From Christensenellales bacterium (lineage in GTDB: Bacteria; Bacillota; Clostridia; Christensenellales; SZUA-584): 60,435 bases of DNA. A program made the position numbers and the translations under genes. A model generated the notes under the pieces. It was given only the letters and a program-made list of their open reading frames with translations. It was not told where the DNA came from and did not search any database. The stretch is from the NCBI GenBank assembly GCA_050943215.1, contig JBMNOU010000005.1, positions 1 through 60,435 of the forward strand, read 5' to 3'. Each line of letters starts with the position of its first letter. Within the stretch, counting starts at the first letter, position 1. Below, piece by piece: positions 59,012 through 60,435 of the stretch.

Positions 59012-59974
59012 TTATATCGTGCGTTTCTTCAGATTGGGTATCGCAATAATGAATAGTGCTACGATCACGATCAGCCCTCTGATCATATCCTGATAATACG
59101 ACTGGATACCCGCGAAGTAGATGATGTTGATGACGAATATCATAATACACCCACCTAATCCCGCCCCAAGTATCCTGCCCTTACCGCCAGACAGCGCTAT
59201 GCCACCCATGATGGCCGCCGCAATTGTCGTCAGTGCGTAGGTGCTGCCTAGACGGAAATCCCCCGCGCCTGTCTGCCCCGTAACTATTATCGCCGCCAGC
59301 CATACAAAGAACCCGGATAGCAGAAACGCAAAGAATTTAATACGTTTAGGGTTTATCCCCGAGGCCATAGCTGCGTTTTCATTTCCACCTACTGCATAAA
59401 TGTATCTGCCCAGCTTTGTTTTGGAAACAAGCCACCAGATAAACCCCACTACGGTAAGTATAAATACAGTTATCGGGAACACTCCCCCGATACGGTAGGA
59501 ATATATCCTAGGCAGCCACTTTGGAATATAACCACCCGGTACCGGCAATACCAGAAGCGTTATGCCAACGAGCATCGTCGAGACTGCAAACGTTGCAACC
59601 ATCGATGGCAGCTTAAGGTATGCTACTAAAAGTCCGTTGAGCGCACTCACCGCTAGCATGGCTATAAGGCTTAACAATAGCCCGTAGATCACAGACCCTG
59701 CCGTATCACCCAGAGTCACTGCCAAGATGCAATTAATAAGTGATATCGCCGCGCCTATAGAGAGATCAATGCTGCCCGAGAGTATTACGATGCCCTGCGC
59801 TATTGTCGCAACAATTATTGGCGTCATAACTGATAGATTACCGTATATGGTATCCGATGAGAAAAATCTCGAATCCAATATCACATTAACGATGAATATA
59901 ATCGCGAATATTGAAATACCGGCGAAAAGTGGGCTTTTTGTTAGCTTGACGATTTTGTCGCGAAGTTTCTCCAT
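59012..59974 (-). CDS. Sugar ABC transporter permease (RbsC/BPD_transp_2 type)
   Basis: A paralog of 58027..59010 (ALSGGKGRILGAGLGG), separated from it by a 1-nt gap. Confidence 0.85.
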   Translation of the reverse strand: MEKLRDKIVKLTKSPLFAGISIFAIIFIVNVILDSRFFSSDTIYGNLSVMTPIIVATIAQGIVILSGSIDLSIGAAISLINCILAVTLGDTAGSVIYGLLLSLIAMLAVSALNGLLVAYLKLPSMVATFAVSTMLVGITLLVLPVPGGYIPKWLPRIYSYRIGGVFPITVFILTVVGFIWWLVSKTKLGRYIYAVGGNENAAMASGINPKRIKFFAFLLSGFFVWLAAIIVTGQTGAGDFRLGSTYALTTIAAAIMGGIALSGGKGRILGAGLGGCIMIFVINIIYFAGIQSYYQDMIRGLIVIVALFIIAIPNLKKRTI

Positions 59975-60435
59975 TTATTCTCACCTCTTTCATTATGCAA
60001 GTTGAGTGCCGCCTTGACGAGTTTTGCGTCAGAAAGCTCATCTTTCTGTATCTCTGCTACTATGCTGCCCTCGAACATGACAAGCACTCTATCACAGATG
60101 TCAATGAGCTCATGGTTATCGCTAGCGTACAATACTACAGCCTTGCCGTTTTTCGCGAAATCCTTGCAGATCCCGTATAGCTCCCGCCGTGCCTCAACGT
60201 CTATACCCTTTGCCGGATCGGAGAGCAGCAGTACTTCGGGGTGCTGGTTTATCCACTTTCCGAGCACCACTTTTTGCTGGTTTCCGCCCGATAGGTTATT
60301 TGCTTTTATCTCGAAATCATGCGGCACAAGAGATATCTTGTCTAGTAACGCATCAGTATGCTTTTTGAGCATATTGATATTAAGGAAAAAAGGTGACTTC
60401 TTTTTGCAGAATTCGGGATATAGTAGATTGTCAAA
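59941..60435 (-). CDS. Sugar ABC transporter ATP-binding protein (C-terminal part, continues off window)
   Basis: Second-cassette signature LSGGNQQKVVLGKW and Walker B (LLLSDPAKGIDV). The frame stays open upstream of the first Met to the window edge. Confidence 0.8.
   Translation of the reverse strand, partial: FDNLLYPEFCKKKSPFFLNINMLKKHTDALLDKISLVPHDFEIKANNLSGGNQQKVVLGKWINQHPEVLLLSDPAKGIDVEARRELYGICKDFAKNGKAVVLYASDNHELIDICDRVLVMFEGSIVAEIQKDELSDAKLVKAALNLHNERGENKWRNFATKSSS

Overview
This is a 60.4 kb chromosomal segment that reads like a Clostridia-type Firmicute, judging by gene content, GGAGG-type ribosome binding sites, TTGACA/TATAAT promoters, lipoboxes and LysM/SH3b wall proteins. TGA, TAA and TAG all act as stops. 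Core blocks are: the 5' end of the F-type ATP synthase operon at the window edge (atpI-like, atpB, atpE, atpF; minus strand); rpmG-secE-nusG-rplK-rplA-rplJ-rplL; arginine biosynthesis (argJ alone at 5.5 kb, argC-B-D-F plus a GNAT at 49-54 kb); elongator and initiator tRNA-Met; a MacAB-like efflux trio; and a sugar ABC + GH4 operon that runs off the right edge. The most coherent system is a seven-gene flavin-based extracellular electron transfer (EET) locus at 25.6-33.0 kb, in two divergent operons. The family is already described, but this copy has sequence-level peculiarities: variant flavinylation motifs in the PplA-like lipoprotein, a TGAT-containing loop in the Ndh2 membrane extension, and no fmnA in the window. 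Less characterised modules are a J-domain protein with a C-terminal cysteine string overlapping a DUF5685 gene, a translationally coupled DUF362 + ApgM-like pair, a zinc-ribbon membrane-protein patch, and an IMPase-fold protein with a degenerate metal motif. Several decay signals are visible: an in-frame TGA in atpF, a multiply frameshifted SH3b-GH18 pseudogene next to the tRNAs, an IS3-family transposase remnant, and a truncated MFS duplicate. I saw no CRISPR array, intact mobile element, prophage or recognisable defence system. I cannot claim a convincingly new system; the candidates are listed with what would test them. All homology calls come from reading motifs in the translations, not from searches.
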